This document shows positions 14,026-27,344 of a DNA stretch of 64,000 bases, in pieces. Position 1 is the stretch's first letter. The number at the start of each line of letters is the position of its first letter. The position numbers and the translations under genes are program-made. A model generated the notes under the pieces. It was not told where the DNA came from. It saw only the letters and a program-made list of their open reading frames with translations, and searched no databases. Origin of the DNA: Lama glama (taxonomy: Eukaryota). The DNA lies in contig CM052818.1 in assembly GCA_028534125.1 (NCBI GenBank), positions 8,620,001 through 8,684,000 of the forward strand, written 5' to 3'.

Positions 14026-14959
14026 GCTTTATAGTTATTATATTATACTGTGTCCACAAATAACATAATCACAAACCAATCCCTAACTTGAGAATTCCAG
14101 AAAGTTCAAATGCTTAATTGAAATGAAATATTTAAACTAAATTGCTAGAGCACTACTTCAATATTATTGAAGTACTAATAAATACATTAAAAGACTGCTG
14201 GAAAAAAGAGTACTTCTTTCTGAAGAATGATTGTCCAAAGAATAACGTTAGCTCATTTTGTAATACACAGAAAATGCTGTTTCAAGCTAATTAAATCCAA
14301 TGCATTTTTACAGCAATTAACAATATGTGGTTAATTATTATGATGCAGGATTTGCTATATAGCATTAATTATGAAGAACTCATTTGGCTTTTCTAAAAAG
14401 AGGAAATGTGTTGGTTTGGGAAATACAATGCTTTCAATGTTTTATTATAAGTTGGACTTCTTTAATAAACTTTAGAATTGTATATGAAAAACAGAGTTTT
14501 CTAAATAAATTTTAAAGTTGAGTGAAAAAGATCTTTTAGGGAATAATCTTTGTAGATTTGACACCCTGTATAAATAAAGACTGTTCTTCATTTAAAACAT
14601 ATATTTGAAGCATTGCCTTTATGTTAATCATTGTATTTGGCATTGTGAGAAATGTAAAAATGAACCAATTCAATCCCTGGACGCAAGGATCCTGTGTTAC
14701 CAAGGCAATTTAAGGAACTTCTGATTCCTTAAACTGCGTTCCAGTAAATTATTTAACTTTGTAACTCTCCTTGATTCCTCTCTCACCAAGCAGTTTAAAT
14801 GCTTTCTTCTCATATCAAGGTGGTTCTCAAACCTGGGTCAAAGTTGAATCATCTAAAGATCCTTTAGAATATACACATGTGAGGACCACATCCCCAGAAT
14901 TCTGACTTATATCGTCTACAGTGGGATTTGGACATTTGTATTTTAAAAAATCACCAAGT

Positions 14960-17060
14960 GCTTGTGGACTGGGGAATGACTGCAGAAGGGTAGAAGGTTT
15001 CTTTTTAGGGTGAGGGGAATATTCTAAACTTAGGTTGTGGTGATAGCTGCCCACCTCTACGAATTTACTAGAAATGATTGAATTCTGTGCTTTAAATGAG
15101 TGAGTTTTATGATATGTAAATTATACCTCAATAAAGTAGGTAAGAAGATAAAAAGCTTTGGGATATGACCAAAATATTACTCAGAGAAGTGTACAGTCTT
15201 TTTAGATCCACCTACTGGTTAACAAAAAGATTGAAAATAAATGAAAAGATCATTCAACATAAGAAATTGGAAAAGAATAGTACAACAAAAATAGAAGAAA
15301 GGAAATAATTAAAGTACAAATAGAAATTTGATGACAATAAAACCTGCAACCCCAAACTGTATCTTTACAAAAAGGATATAATGAGCAAATTTCTACCAAC
15401 TCTAACAAATAAAAAAGAAAAAAAACCCACAATAGTAGCACAAATAATGAAACAAGAGTATAACCATAGATACAGATGTTTAGAAGGTTAGAATAGCATA
15501 TGCAACTCTGTAACAATAACAATTGAGAAACTAGATGAAATGGAAAAATTTCTTGGAAAATATAAATTTGCCAAACTATATACAAGAAAGGTTAAAAATA
15601 GATCAACATCCTTGAAATATTTTTAAGTTAATCAAAGATATTCTTCCCCTAAAATTTCCAGGCCCAGGTATTTTGTGAGTAAATTTTCTCAGACCTTCAA
15701 GGTACAGCTGACTTCTATGCCATTTAAACTGCTTTGGAGAATGGAAAGAGATGGAAATCTGTCAAATTCCTTCTATAATGTTTATATCAATGCCAACAAA
15801 AATTAAGCAAAGAAAACAACAAAGAAAAAACCTGTAGCCTAACCTTATTCATTATAGGTACAAAAAACCTAAATTAAGTATTAGCAAACTAATATGGCAT
15901 TATATGAAAAAAATAACACATCACTAGCAAGTAGAATTTAGAAATGGAAGGATGGTTCAACATCAGAAAATCTGTTACTTTAATTCATGACATTAATATA
16001 GTAAACATCAATTACTCATTTTGATAGACTCAGAGAAGACAGTACTAATTTTTGACAAAAGAATTTAGTAAGCTAAATAGAACAACATTTAATTTGATAG
16101 AGTATCAGAAGTCAATAGCAAACTTTACATGAAATCTTAAAGCACAAGAGAAACACTCCCACTGGAATCAGAAACAAGGCCAAAATGCTTGTCATCATTA
16201 ATATTGTTCAACAGTGTTCAGGAAACCCTACCAATGCAGTAAGGCAAACAAAATCATTTCATCCTCTTTCTCTGCAGATAGATAGACACAGACATATATA
16301 CACAGATAATACACAAAACAGGGAGAAATATTTTAAAAGCTTAAACAAAATGCCATGCTTATGTAACTTAAAAAAGATACAAAAGAATTGATTTTTTAGA
16401 ACTATTAAATAAGAGATTTTAGTATCAATATCCAAACTACTACTAATAACTTTTGTAGATATCAACAATAACTAGTTCGAAATAACAAAATAAAAAGACC
16501 CCACTTACATTACCAGTAAAACTGTCAACTACAGTGGAACAACCTTATCAAATACACACAAGATGAAGAAAACTATAAAACTATGCAGAAAGTATTTAAG
16601 AAGACCCAGAAAAAGAGAAAAATATACTACGATTCTAGACAGGAAACTGTAATGTAAAGATGAATCACGTCAAATTTTAAAAGTGCAATGGGATTTTTCA
16701 CTGGAACTTGGTAAAGTAATTCTAAGTTCATTTGGATGAGTAAATTATCAACAACTAAAAAGCAAACTGTAAGACTAAAAATAATGACAAGGCACTGAAT
16801 CCTTTAACTAACAAAACATACTGTAAAGCTACAGTGATTAAGACAGTGTAATACTGGTACAGAAATAGATCAATTGAATTAAAAAGTATCCAGTAATGTA
16901 TCCATACAGATGGATTATATACATATTTGGTCTCAATTTAAACTACAGATTAAAATCAAATAAGATTTTGCCTTTATATCAGTGGTTTCTTTAAAAGAGG
17001 ATATACTTTTTCACAACAAAGTAGAGCCAAACAATAACGAAGACTGACTACATAATCATA
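14960..17060 (+). mobile_element. Old L1 fragments (3' UTR piece, then decayed ORF2)
   Basis: GTAAATTATACCTCAATAAAG; CTAGATGAAATGGAAAAATTTCTTGGAAAATAT; GATGGTTCAACATCAGAAAATC. Confidence 0.7.
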
Positions 17061-17069
17061 AAATTTAGT

Positions 17070-17900
17070 ATGGCACCAGGGTTAATGTACTACTTGCCTC
17101 TGAAATGTCAGAGATTTGGTATTGCTTTCAATTCAACAAGCTTTTCTTAAAGCTGAGCAACTTGGCTAGAGAAGATTTATTAATTTTGAGTTTATAATCT
17201 AAGGGCAATTGAAGAAACTTAGAGCATGAGTCATGCTCATCAAAATCTATAACTTCCTCTTGTAACTGTGACTTTATTTCCACTAAACAGTCATATAATG
17301 TTTCAAAATCTGATTCCACAGGGCCAAAGGCAGTTCTTCAATGTGAAATAAATGAAGACTTCAGGTAATATCTGCAAAATCTCCAAGCCTCAATACCTGT
17401 ACTTCCTTGAACAAATAAGTGATGTATTTCTTTTTCTTTCCCAACTTTAAGTCCAATTTTCTCACCTTCTGGTCACATCAGTAAGAAAATACAATCTTGT
17501 GAGCCACAATGGAGATTTTCAAGAGGCATTCTCTTAGAGGCATTTAATTTCCAAACACCAAGAGCCAAGAAAACGTCAAGTAAAAAAAAAGAAAATCAAA
17601 TGTTTCTCTGACTTAGCTATTCAACTGCTTTAAAATAAACAAATGTTGCTTCAAGTTCTTTCAAATGTCCTATACCTTGGCAACAATGAAAGGTATTAAC
17701 ATCAAGAAAATCCACAGTCCTCCATCACATAAGACAATGTTTCATACTTGACAAGCTTGCAACATGAATTTCCAGTATCTTAAACAAAGTAAAGACTTTC
17801 TTTCCATTCAAATAGGCTGATGGATATTCTTTTCCTTTTTCTTACAGGTGTCTCCTTGTTGCTGAATAAGCTCATCTTTATTTGGGGCACATGTAGAACT
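17070..17900 (-). pseudogene. Decayed hAT-transposase-like reading frame (ZNF862/PRDM11/C17orf113-like)
   Basis: Hand translation of the minus strand gives, in order with stops and frameshifts: SAYLNGK, HC-AH (CATTGTGGCTCAC, 17511-17499), EVQVLRLGDFADIT*, RTAFGPVESDFETLYDCLVEI, QISDISEA. Confidence 0.55.
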
Positions 17901-18234
17901 AAGATGAAGTAAAGAGAGGTGGGGAGAAAATATCTTAGTTCAAGAGAGTGTTCTATAAAGTAATAGGTTTCATACTTGCCTATGACTGGAGATCTCTGTA
18001 AGCAATTACAGAAGAGGATTTCTAAAATATTTTATCTGCAATGGCCTGAAATATCTGCATAAGTGGTCAAATGCTTCCAAGATGACTTTAAAAGATAATA
18101 TTCCTTTTGGATAAGATTATTTCTAAAATAGTAGCATTGTTATCTTTGCCTAGTAAATCCAATTCTTTATAGCCTTTAAAATAGCTGATGAAAAAGATAT
18201 CAGAGCCATAGTAATGATTACAATTCATTTTTCA

Positions 18235-19360
18235 TTTTGGAATAGTTATAGATTAACTGGAAGCTGCAACTGTAGCAAAAGGATTCCCATGTTCCCTTCA
18301 TGGTGTCATCTTATATAGCTGTAGTATAATAGCAAAACTAGAAAACTGACATTGGTATATCACTGTTTATGTACCAATCCCAGTTGGCATGGTACTCAGT
18401 TGTTATCATTTTTTTTAGACCAGCATTCATCTGTGTGGGGTGTGTGTGTGTGGTTTTAAACAATTTAATTCCTTGTATAGACTCATTTAACCACCCCTAA
18501 AATCAAGATTCAGCTGTTGGATTATTTCAGAAGGAATCCCTCCTGCTACCACTTTGTATTAGTGCTCTGGTACCTCATCCCCTGCTTGTCATTTGGCTAC
18601 CACTAACCTCAATCTCCATAGTTTTGTTATTTCAAAAATGTGATATAAATGGAATTTTACTGCATTTAACCTTTTGAGATTAAATTTTTTTCATTAAGCA
18701 TAATGTCCTAGAGGTCCATCCAGGTTGTTTCATATACCAATAGCTCATCCCTTCTCATTGCTGAGTAGTATTTCATTGTACGGATGTACAGAGTTTGTTC
18801 AACCATTCATCCACTGAAGGGCATTTGGGCTGTTTCCAGTATTTTGCTAGTAGGAATAAAGGTGCAATGAATATCGTGCTGGTTTTGCGTAAACATAAGT
18901 TTTCATTTTTCTGGGATAAATGTCCAAGAGTTCATTGCTGAGTTGCATGTTTAGTTTTGTAAGAAAATGCCAAACTCTTTTCCAGAGTGGCTGTATCATT
19001 TTACCTTCCCAAGTGCAGCATATGACAGATACAATTTCTCTCCATCCTCACCAGCACTTGGTATTATCACTATTTTTAAATTTTAGTCATTCTGAGAGGT
19101 ATGTGGTAATATCTCACTGTGATTTTAACTTGCATTTCCCTAATGATTAATGATGCTGAACATCTTTTCATGTCATTATTTGCCATCTCTACATCCTCTT
19201 CTGTGAAATCTCTTCATGTCTTTTACCCATTTTATAATTGGATTGTTTCTTTGTTTTATTGTTGAGTTTTGAGGATTTTTTAAAAAATGTATTCCAGATG
19301 TAAGGTTTTTGTCAACTATGTGCTTTACAAATATTTTCTCCCACCAACTCATTTTCATAA
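18235..19360 (-). mobile_element. L1 (L1MC/MD-like) 3' part, antisense
   Basis: TTGCTGAGTAGTATTTCATTGTA, CCATTCATCCACTGAAGGGCATTTGGG, TGCATTTCCCTAATGATTAATGATGCTGAACATCTTTTCATG. Confidence 0.85.
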
Positions 19361-19924
19361 GACAAAAATCAGAACTGGGTCACATATGGGAGGATATTTG
19401 ATTTTGTGATACAGAATTACATGCAAGGGTATGTGATTCTGATTCCAGCATTATTTAAACACAAACTTTGAGGCTTCTACATACAGTGATGTCCCAGTAT
19501 GCTTAAGCAGGATCAATGACAATTCACCACCAGTGAGGATCAGTTCATACATTTAAAAAGCAGGGGTATTCTGCATAACATCATGTTGGAAAGGGAAGCT
19601 CTTACTGCTGAGGAAATGGGTAGTTCAAGAAAGAAAAAAAAAATCTATTTTCAAGGCAACTGAATGATAGGCAAGCTGATCTTTAAAACTTGTATTATTT
19701 TTAGGTAATATTCTAAAAATACTTGCTATAAAGTACTATAAAATCATCTGATTTCAAATCCTATGATTTTTTTTTTCCCTAGTATATCTTGCTTACTCTA
19801 GAAATGGTGACTATACAACTCTGAATTTGGGGGGACAGTTCAAATTTCAAATATATCAAACCATTGCCTCCATAAACCATTAAAATTACTTCCATATATT
19901 AGATCATCAAAATTATACCTATTA

Positions 19925-19930
19925 GTGCTC

Positions 19931-19981
<51 letters not shown>

Positions 19982-20031
19982 GGCCCCTGCACAAGGATGA
20001 CACTCAAATTCGTGAAGCGTTCCATATTTTT
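19925..20031 (+). pseudogene. RNU6: Full-length U6 snRNA retrocopy (5' part of a U6/L1 chimera)
   Basis: GTGCTCGCTTCGGCAGCAC...ACAGAGAAGATTAGC...GCGTTCCATATTTTT; two substitutions against the canonical mammalian U6 as I recall it (19991 G>A, 20004 G>T). Confidence 0.97.
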
Positions 20032-20079
20032 TTGACACAACATTGTAAAATGATTATAAATCAATAAAAAATGTTTAAA
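20031..20079 (+). mobile_element. Young L1 extreme 3' end fused to U6
   Basis: TTTGACACAACATTGTAAAATGATTA (20031-20056) is identical to the L1 3' UTR at 35808-35833; followed by AATAAA and an A-rich tail; TSD AAAATTATACCTATTA at 19909-19924 and 20080-20095. Confidence 0.93.
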
Positions 20080-20424
20080 AAAATTATACCTATTAGACTA
20101 CTCCTTACATCTGGCAAAGATCCTTGGTTACAATATGCCAAGTATGGCTACCTTCTCATGTCCCCTTCCCTACTCACACCCCGGTATGCTCTAATGGTCT
20201 TACTCCTGTCCCCTGGCTATAGCTCATTGGATTAAGGAGGGACACTTGACCCAAAGCACCCATCCATAGGCTGTTCAGGGACCCCTGCTTTGGATTTACT
20301 GGTGATGATGAGCTGGGTCAATTATATTTCTCTTTCTGGAACCTGGAATTGAAAAACTGAGATGAGGGTAAGCAACCATAAAAGCTGGACTGAAAGGTCA
20401 AGACATAGCCACTATGATGCAGGG

Positions 20425-20620
20425 GACAAATTGGTGGTTAGTGGAAAGGGAAGGGAGTTGAGGGGTGGGCGAACGGGGGGGAGGGGGTCAACTATATAGT
20501 GACAGATGATAACTAGACCTTTGGTGGTGATCACTTTGCAGTGTATACAGATGTCAAATTATAATGCTGTATATCTGAAACATATAATGTTTTATACCAA
20601 TTTTACTTCAATTTAAAAAA
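20425..20620 (+). mobile_element. L1 3' UTR end
   Basis: G-rich tract, TTTGGTGGTGATCAC, ATACCAATTTTACTTCAATTTAAAAAA. Confidence 0.75.
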
Positions 20621-21409
20621 GTAAAATGAAATAAGAAGAAATGACCAGGAAAATGAGAAATATTTACAGAACATGACATTGTTCTAGGAAATATGAAGTC
20701 ACATGATGAGTGATTGCATTGTCCTGGCCAATAAACTAATAAGTTAGTTTATAGACAAATGCAACAAAGCTTTATATTATATAACATTTTATATTTTACT
20801 TAATACAGTATTTGTAGTCATTGCTAGGAAAATTTGGATATTTGACCCTTAGTTTTTTAACTAAATTCTGGATTTATTATACCATTATCTCTATGGAAGA
20901 ACTAGGCTTCCCTTATATAATTTTGACTTCTAGTAGCTTTTCTAGGAGTGTAGCAACTGGAAGAATGAACATTCTTGATAGTGTTATTCAAAATCATAAT
21001 TTATTCCTTAGTAGCTACATAGCCTTTTAAATCAGCAGGAAATACTATTTTTGGAGGAAACCTGACATTCAAAGTATAATTCTGTGATAGTTATAGCAAT
21101 GTCAACCCAAGGTATTAGAATAAAGCTTCAATTCATGACAAATATCATATTTCCAGTTCCTGATTCAATTTTATTAATAGCTCTGCAATATCATAATTAC
21201 TAGCTCTTACTCAAAAGACCAAGAGGCATAAGTCAGAGTTATTAAATTTATGAAAGGCCAAGTTTTCCATACAGCAATGTTTGATTCTAAACTTTCTGCC
21301 ATCCTTCATCCCTCATTCGGTGTTGCTCATTAGGTAGGAAGAGAAATATTTAAGATAGTGTTACTAGCAACTTGCTGTCTATCACCATTTTGATTTTATT
21401 ATTGTTTTG

Positions 21410-22330
21410 CAAGTTCAGGACAATGCAAGAAAAGAGATGAAACAAACCCAAGTGAAATAAATAATGGAAGAAACAAAAACATCACTATTTGAAGATAATT
21501 GATTATGTATCTAACAACATGCCCAAGGAATCAGCTAAAATTTTTAGACTTACTACAATAATAAGTGGCCAGCTGAAATATAAAATATGGAAAAGCCATT
21601 AAGATTCTTGAATACCAACAATTACAAACTGGAAAAATCTAATTTTAAAAAAGAGATTCAATTTAAACAGCAATAATATATGTATAAAGAGAAGTAGACC
21701 TAAGAAGCGTTTGGGTATATAAACAAAATAACAAAATTTATTAGGCAATAACATCTAGGAAGAATAAAATATTTTAAAGATGTCAATGCTTAGTAGAATA
21801 TGTCATTTTTAAATTTAATGCAATCCCAAACAAAATAAAAATGGAATTCTTTTAGGATTTAAAAAGAATGTCATAATGTTCATTTAGAAGAGTAAAGAGG
21901 TGAGAATAACAAAAATATTCTGAAAAAGAGAAAGGACAATGAGCAAACAAAGTAGAATGTCAGTGAATCAGAAGAGAAACCTCAGAAATAGGCCTAGTTA
22001 TATATAAGGATTTAAAAAGAACCAAGTACAATGCAAAACAATAGAGAAGATTCTAAAATACATACTTATGGGAATCATTCATTAGAAATTTGAATTAAAT
22101 TATTTTAGGTCAAATACTTCATACCAGCCCACTAAAATGTATTCCAGAAGTCTTAGGTAACTAAACATCATTAAACTCATACATATGCAAATAAAGAAGA
22201 GCAAATGAATGCTAATCAGATTGCTAGAGAGATGATAATATTTTTGAGTTAGAAGAAATTACAAAGGAAGGGATCATGGTTTCATACTTAAGAAAATTTA
22301 TTCAACTTACAAATAGGAAAACTAGATAGA
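21410..22330 (+). mobile_element. Highly decayed L1 ORF2 fragment
   Basis: CACTATTTGAAGATAATTG (FADD-like region) and AAATTTAATGCAATCCCAAAC in A-rich sequence. Confidence 0.6.
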
Positions 22331-25300
22331 ATTAGAGAAGTGTATTAATTTTTTGGTTTACTGGAACTTGTGTGGCGTGTTGTAACCTCTGCACCTTGCA
22401 CAGTGCTGGGCACATAGTAAATGTTCAGTAGATAGCTGTTGAACAAATATTGCAATAATTAACTAAGTAGATTTTGATTAATTATACAAGACAAAGAAGT
22501 GACCCTAGAGTCCAATTAGCCAGCTGCAACTAAGAATGATGAGTGAAAATTAATTTCTTTGGCCCAGATGCAGAAGAACCACAGGCTGGAGGCTGTCTAA
22601 TCGGCTGTGGAATGGGCAAGTGATGGGAACAACAGGTGGGTGGTGGAAGCGCTATCAGGACAAATCATGTCACACTGTGAGCATCAGCTGTTGGAGGGTG
22701 ATAGCAGCCAACAGGCCACGCTGGCCAGGGTCAGCCAGCAAATGAATGGCTTGACTCAATCAAGAAACCTTGTTCAACCTGGGAGGCCCAGAGATCAGGG
22801 AGCTGAATGACAGGGCTTGTGAACAAGCAGTCTCAGCTCCCAAACAAAGGGCATGATTGTGTTTGGAGAGGAACGAGACACAGGACCATGTACTTCTTGT
22901 CAGTCTTCTTCTAGGATAATTACTCCATGGAGTGAAGCATCTTTAAGCACTTAAGACTCGACGGTTGCTGCATCTTTCACCAAGACAGAGGGATTTTAAC
23001 ATCAGCTTATGATTGTTCGCAGTGTATAGTCAGGGATACATTCATTCAAAATCATTTAGTCCTTGGGAAGTCTATGCAGTAAGATGTTCCTGCATTATTT
23101 TCAATCTACTTTGTGCTGCTAGATCACAACATTCAATTCTTCTTTGTCGAATCAGTAAATACATTGGGCATTATTTGGATAAGGCTAAAAAATAATCATT
23201 TTGGTTTTGTCAACACCTTGTTTTCCAGTCTGGTATTGGAAACACAGGGAACTGACATAATGCTTTCTAGTAGTCTGAATATATGTGTTTCCATCTTTTT
23301 AGCCCTGTTTTCCCAGGGTGATGAAAATAAACACATGAAGAGAAACTGGGAGCACAGAATTGTCCATCTTCACTACGTGTCTGGATCCAGTGTTTCTCTG
23401 CTATAATGATGCCCCCATAGGCCTATCTGGAAAAATTGTCCCACTTGTCACCTAGATTAGAGGTAGATCCTTCAAAGTGAGTACAACTTTTTGTTGTTGT
23501 CGCTATTATTATTTGACCAGCAGACAGGTTACCAGCTGGAATGGGCCAGAATAAGTTGGCAAACCATTCATTTCCTGGCTATGCCTACAGCAACTTCATG
23601 AGTACAACGAGAGGAGGAGAGCAGATTATTTTTTAAATTCAAGGTCAAAACTGCAAGATTCTAAACTTTTGAATCCTGAAGTGCTTGCTTCCCTGTAATC
23701 TATTCCAATAGGAGAGCAGATCAAAAACAAAACAAAACAAAACAATTTGTGAAAGAGCTGGTAATGATAGGGCCAGTGTTAAGCACATGTAAAATAGATA
23801 TTTCTATCCAGTGGCAGGATGAGAGAAACTGATATTTTAAATATTTTAAACTCCATGATCCAATTGGAATAATATCAAAAGTGATTATAATCTGAAACAG
23901 TAGAATTCAATTTTCCTTGCATTATGGAGATTTCTCTGAGCAGATCCAGGTTAAATGACTGCTCTGAGGTTGATGACACACTGATTCCCAGCGCCAACAA
24001 TGACTTCAGCCTGATGGCAACCTTTACAAATTGCTTCCTGTAAATTCTTTGTGAGAATAACAAGCAATTCATTTTGCTTAAGAGTGACTTTTAGCAAAGG
24101 GACTCCACCCAACAATCTGGATTCAATAAAACAGAAAACACTTTGGTATTACAAACATCTTTTTTTGAGATGCAAGTTCCCCACGTAAGTTTCTGTAAAA
24201 GGAAAGCATTTTCATTTTCTATTCAGTGAAAGCTGGATGGATACTTGAGCATAGCCAATGATTACATAGTTTTTCTGATGAGTTGGTGGGGAAGGGTGGG
24301 AGGGGAGAGAAGATCACTGAAGAGCCACACGTGTATGTATATGTATGTAAGATATTCAGGGTAATATTTACAAAAGACTTTAAAGCCACAACCAGTGGCT
24401 TGGTAATTCAATCGCTTATCCATTCACTTATTCAGCACTTAGTATTTACTAAATACCAGGCAATATTGTAGTTTCTGGGGATACCATAGTTAAACAAAGC
24501 AGACAACACTTTTGCTCTCACGGAACTTACATTCTGGTGAGGGAAGACAGACCATAAGCCAATCATTATGCACAGAAAAATTTCTTTAAAGAGGACTCTA
24601 TTTAATGGGCAAGGTAGAGGAATGATCTTCGTACACATGATTAGGTACTGGGAACATTTATGTCTCCACAACTAGTAGTATATAAAATCACACTAGTAAA
24701 TATTTAAGTATCGCATTGCTCAGATATCATACATAATTTATGACCTAGTTCCTGAACTCAAAGAGCATACAATTCTAACATGCAAGGTGTTCCTGTACAT
24801 CATGCTGGCAGAGGGGGAAGGAAGAACCATCAGATATTTGGTATACCATCTGAATCAGAACCTAATCATTGCCTTCAAGGTTATAATCAGCGTGGAAAAG
24901 ATTTAGAATCCTTGAAACTTCAGGAATTCAAATAGGAATAGGAATTCTTTGACAATATATATCCTTTCCTATTTGGTAAAAGATGAATGTAGTCATTGGC
25001 ATCAGGGAAACATTGTGTGTGTGTGTTAGAAAGAATATCCAATCCACTTTCTTCATTCCAACAAACTTACTATGATTAAAAGAGGTAGAAAGAGAAAATC
25101 TGGCCTTTTAAAAAATATCATGAAAAGAAGGACCTTGGGCTTTATGAGGGTAAGACCGTAAGACTTGTTTAGGATAACACCTCTGATACTTCTGATTTCT
25201 ATTCCCACTTGATCTTTTGTCAGCTTTCCTCTTTTCAATGTTCTCTGCCAGCTGAAATCATCAATCAGGGCTTATGGTTGTTTTCACCATCTCCAGATAT

Positions 25301-25429
25301 ATTGGCCTCAGAGCTCACAAAATCAAAATTGCCTGATGCTTCTGCCACCCTTCTGGAGTCCATGAGAACACCACCACTCCCCTCTTCAATCTGGTAGAAG
25401 AAATAACTTTCTTAAGAACAACCATTCTA

Positions 25430-25884
25430 TACTACCCAGCTATAAAAAAGAATAAAATAATGCCATTTGCAGGAACATGGATGGACCTGGAGATCATCAG
25501 TCTAAGTGAAGTAAGCCAGAAAGAGAAAGAAAAATACCATATGATGTCACTTATATGTGGAATCTAGAAAAGAAAAAGACAAATGAACCTATCTGCAAAA
25601 CAGACTCACAGACATAGAAAACAAACTTATGGCTATCAGGGAGGGAAAGGGAGTGGGAAGGGATAAATTGGGAGTTTGAGATTTGCAGGCGCTAACTACT
25701 ATATGTAGGATAGATAAACAGTAAGTTTCTACCATATAGCACAGGGAACTATATTCAATATCTTATAGTAGCCTTTGGTGAAAAAGAATATGAAAAGGAA
25801 TATATGTATGTATGTATGACTGAAACATCATGCTGTATACCAGAAATTGATGCAACACTGTCAACTGACTATACTTCAGTAAAA
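25430..25884 (+). mobile_element. 5'-truncated L1 3' end with TSD
   Basis: L1 3' UTR blocks; near-perfect TSD AAGAACAACCATTCTA (25414-25429) and AAGAACAAACCATTCTA (25885-25901) at a TT/AAGA site. Confidence 0.92.
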
Positions 25885-26384
25885 AAGAACAAACCATTCT
25901 AACATCCCCAATCACAGTTGCTTGTTGCTCAAAACTGAGCCTTCCAAGTCTTTTTCTTCTTACTCTTGTAAGAACACTTATTCATGGAACAAATACATGT
26001 TGGGCACGCACCGTATGGCAGTATGTGGGGCTACTGGGGCCTACAAAGATCTTGAAGATCCATGGTTGCCACCTTTATTGAGTTTATTGTTAAGAAAGAG
26101 GCCAAGTACACAGATAGCTATAAAATAAGGTGGAAAGGGGCAAGTACCATAAGAGAGAGACAGATGAAGTCCCAAGTTTGCTCTAAGGAAGCTTATGGTT
26201 GGGGGCTTCAGGCTGGCAGCATAGGGGAAAGACTTTGAGGAATAGGTGGGATTGCAACAGATTAGGGACAGATGAGCAGATGTCAATATACCTTTTAAAT
26301 TTTTTCCTTTAGTATATTATACAGTCCTTCTCATTTTTATTTATATTCTTCAAACAAGGATTTCCCAATAAAAATTATTTTTTT

Positions 26385-26575
26385 AACTGGTATATATAAA
26401 ATAGATACACAAGTTTATACTGTATAGCACAGGGAAATATATTCAATAGCTTGTAGTAGTTTACAATGAAAAATATGAAAATGAATATATGTATATTCAT
26501 GTACAACTGAAAAATTGTGCTGTACACCAGAAACTGATGCAACATTGTAAACTGACTATAACTCAATAAAAAAAG
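26385..26575 (+). mobile_element. Short L1 3' end
   Basis: TACTGTATAGCACAGGGAAATATATTCAA...CAACATTGTAAACTGACTATAACTCAATAAAAAAA. Confidence 0.88.
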
Positions 26576-26613
26576 ATTAAACAACAATAAATACAACAAT
26601 ACAATGTTGAATT

Positions 26614-26780
26614 CGAAGAAGTTTTTTTTTCTTTCTTTTTTTTTTGATGTGGGGAGGTAATTAGGGTTTTTTTTCTTTTCATTTTTTCATTTTTTTTAAA
26701 TGAAGGTATTGAGGATTGAACCCAGAACCTCCTGCATGCTAGGCATGTGCTCTACCACTGAGCTATACCCTACTCCCCCC
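26614..26780 (-). mobile_element. tRNA-derived SINE, Vic-1-like (camelid)
   Basis: Minus strand: A box TAGCTCAGTGG (26765-26755), B box GGTTCAATCC (26722-26713), CCTAATTACCTCCCC tail, poly(A); flanking direct repeat AATGTTGAATT at 26603-26613 and 26783-26793. Confidence 0.88.
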
Positions 26781-27344
26781 AAAATGTTGAATTAAAAAAA
26801 AAAATCTTTTTTTAATCTCACAGACTCTCTTCCTTATTTGCTTCCATTAATACTACTTTAAATCTTTAATAAGTTTGCTTTTAATTGGGTATTTAATCAA
26901 CTTTACAATGAAAGTTAATTGGAAATATCTAAATACCAAGAGCAACATGAACTTACCGGAAAAAAAAACAACTCAAATTTCCATGTTTTCATAAACCCTG
27001 AAGACTTTTTTCAATCTGCTGCTTGCATAAAAACAAATGTGCATAATTGTTAGGAAACAGTATTTATCATTCTGAATTGTACTTTTTCTCATCTGCTGTT
27101 TCTATAGTCTTTTATCCATTTTTATATGTCTCTTATTTTTATCATTCCTACCAGCAATGTAATGCTTTATTGTATCAATGTATCACATTTGCTGTCTTCT
27201 TATTTCCCTCTAAGTGTGTACGTGGTCTTTTCCTAGGTTTTGGATATGCTAATAAGTGCTCCTATACGCATCTAGATGTCTTTTCTTTCTTTTGAATTAT
27301 TTCCTTGGTATAAGATACAATTTACAAAGTTAAATAAGGTGATA

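Noticed and set aside
19860..20031. U6 copy as a functional Pol III gene
   Set aside because: An ATATATT lies near -30, but there is no convincing PSE, and the TSDs plus L1 tail show retrotransposition.
23875..24072. Exon-like unique segment
   Set aside because: The frames I translated on both strands gave no recognisable protein and no paired splice sites.
26705..26780. tRNA gene
   Set aside because: The A and B boxes belong to a SINE head with a poly(A) tail and flanking direct repeats.
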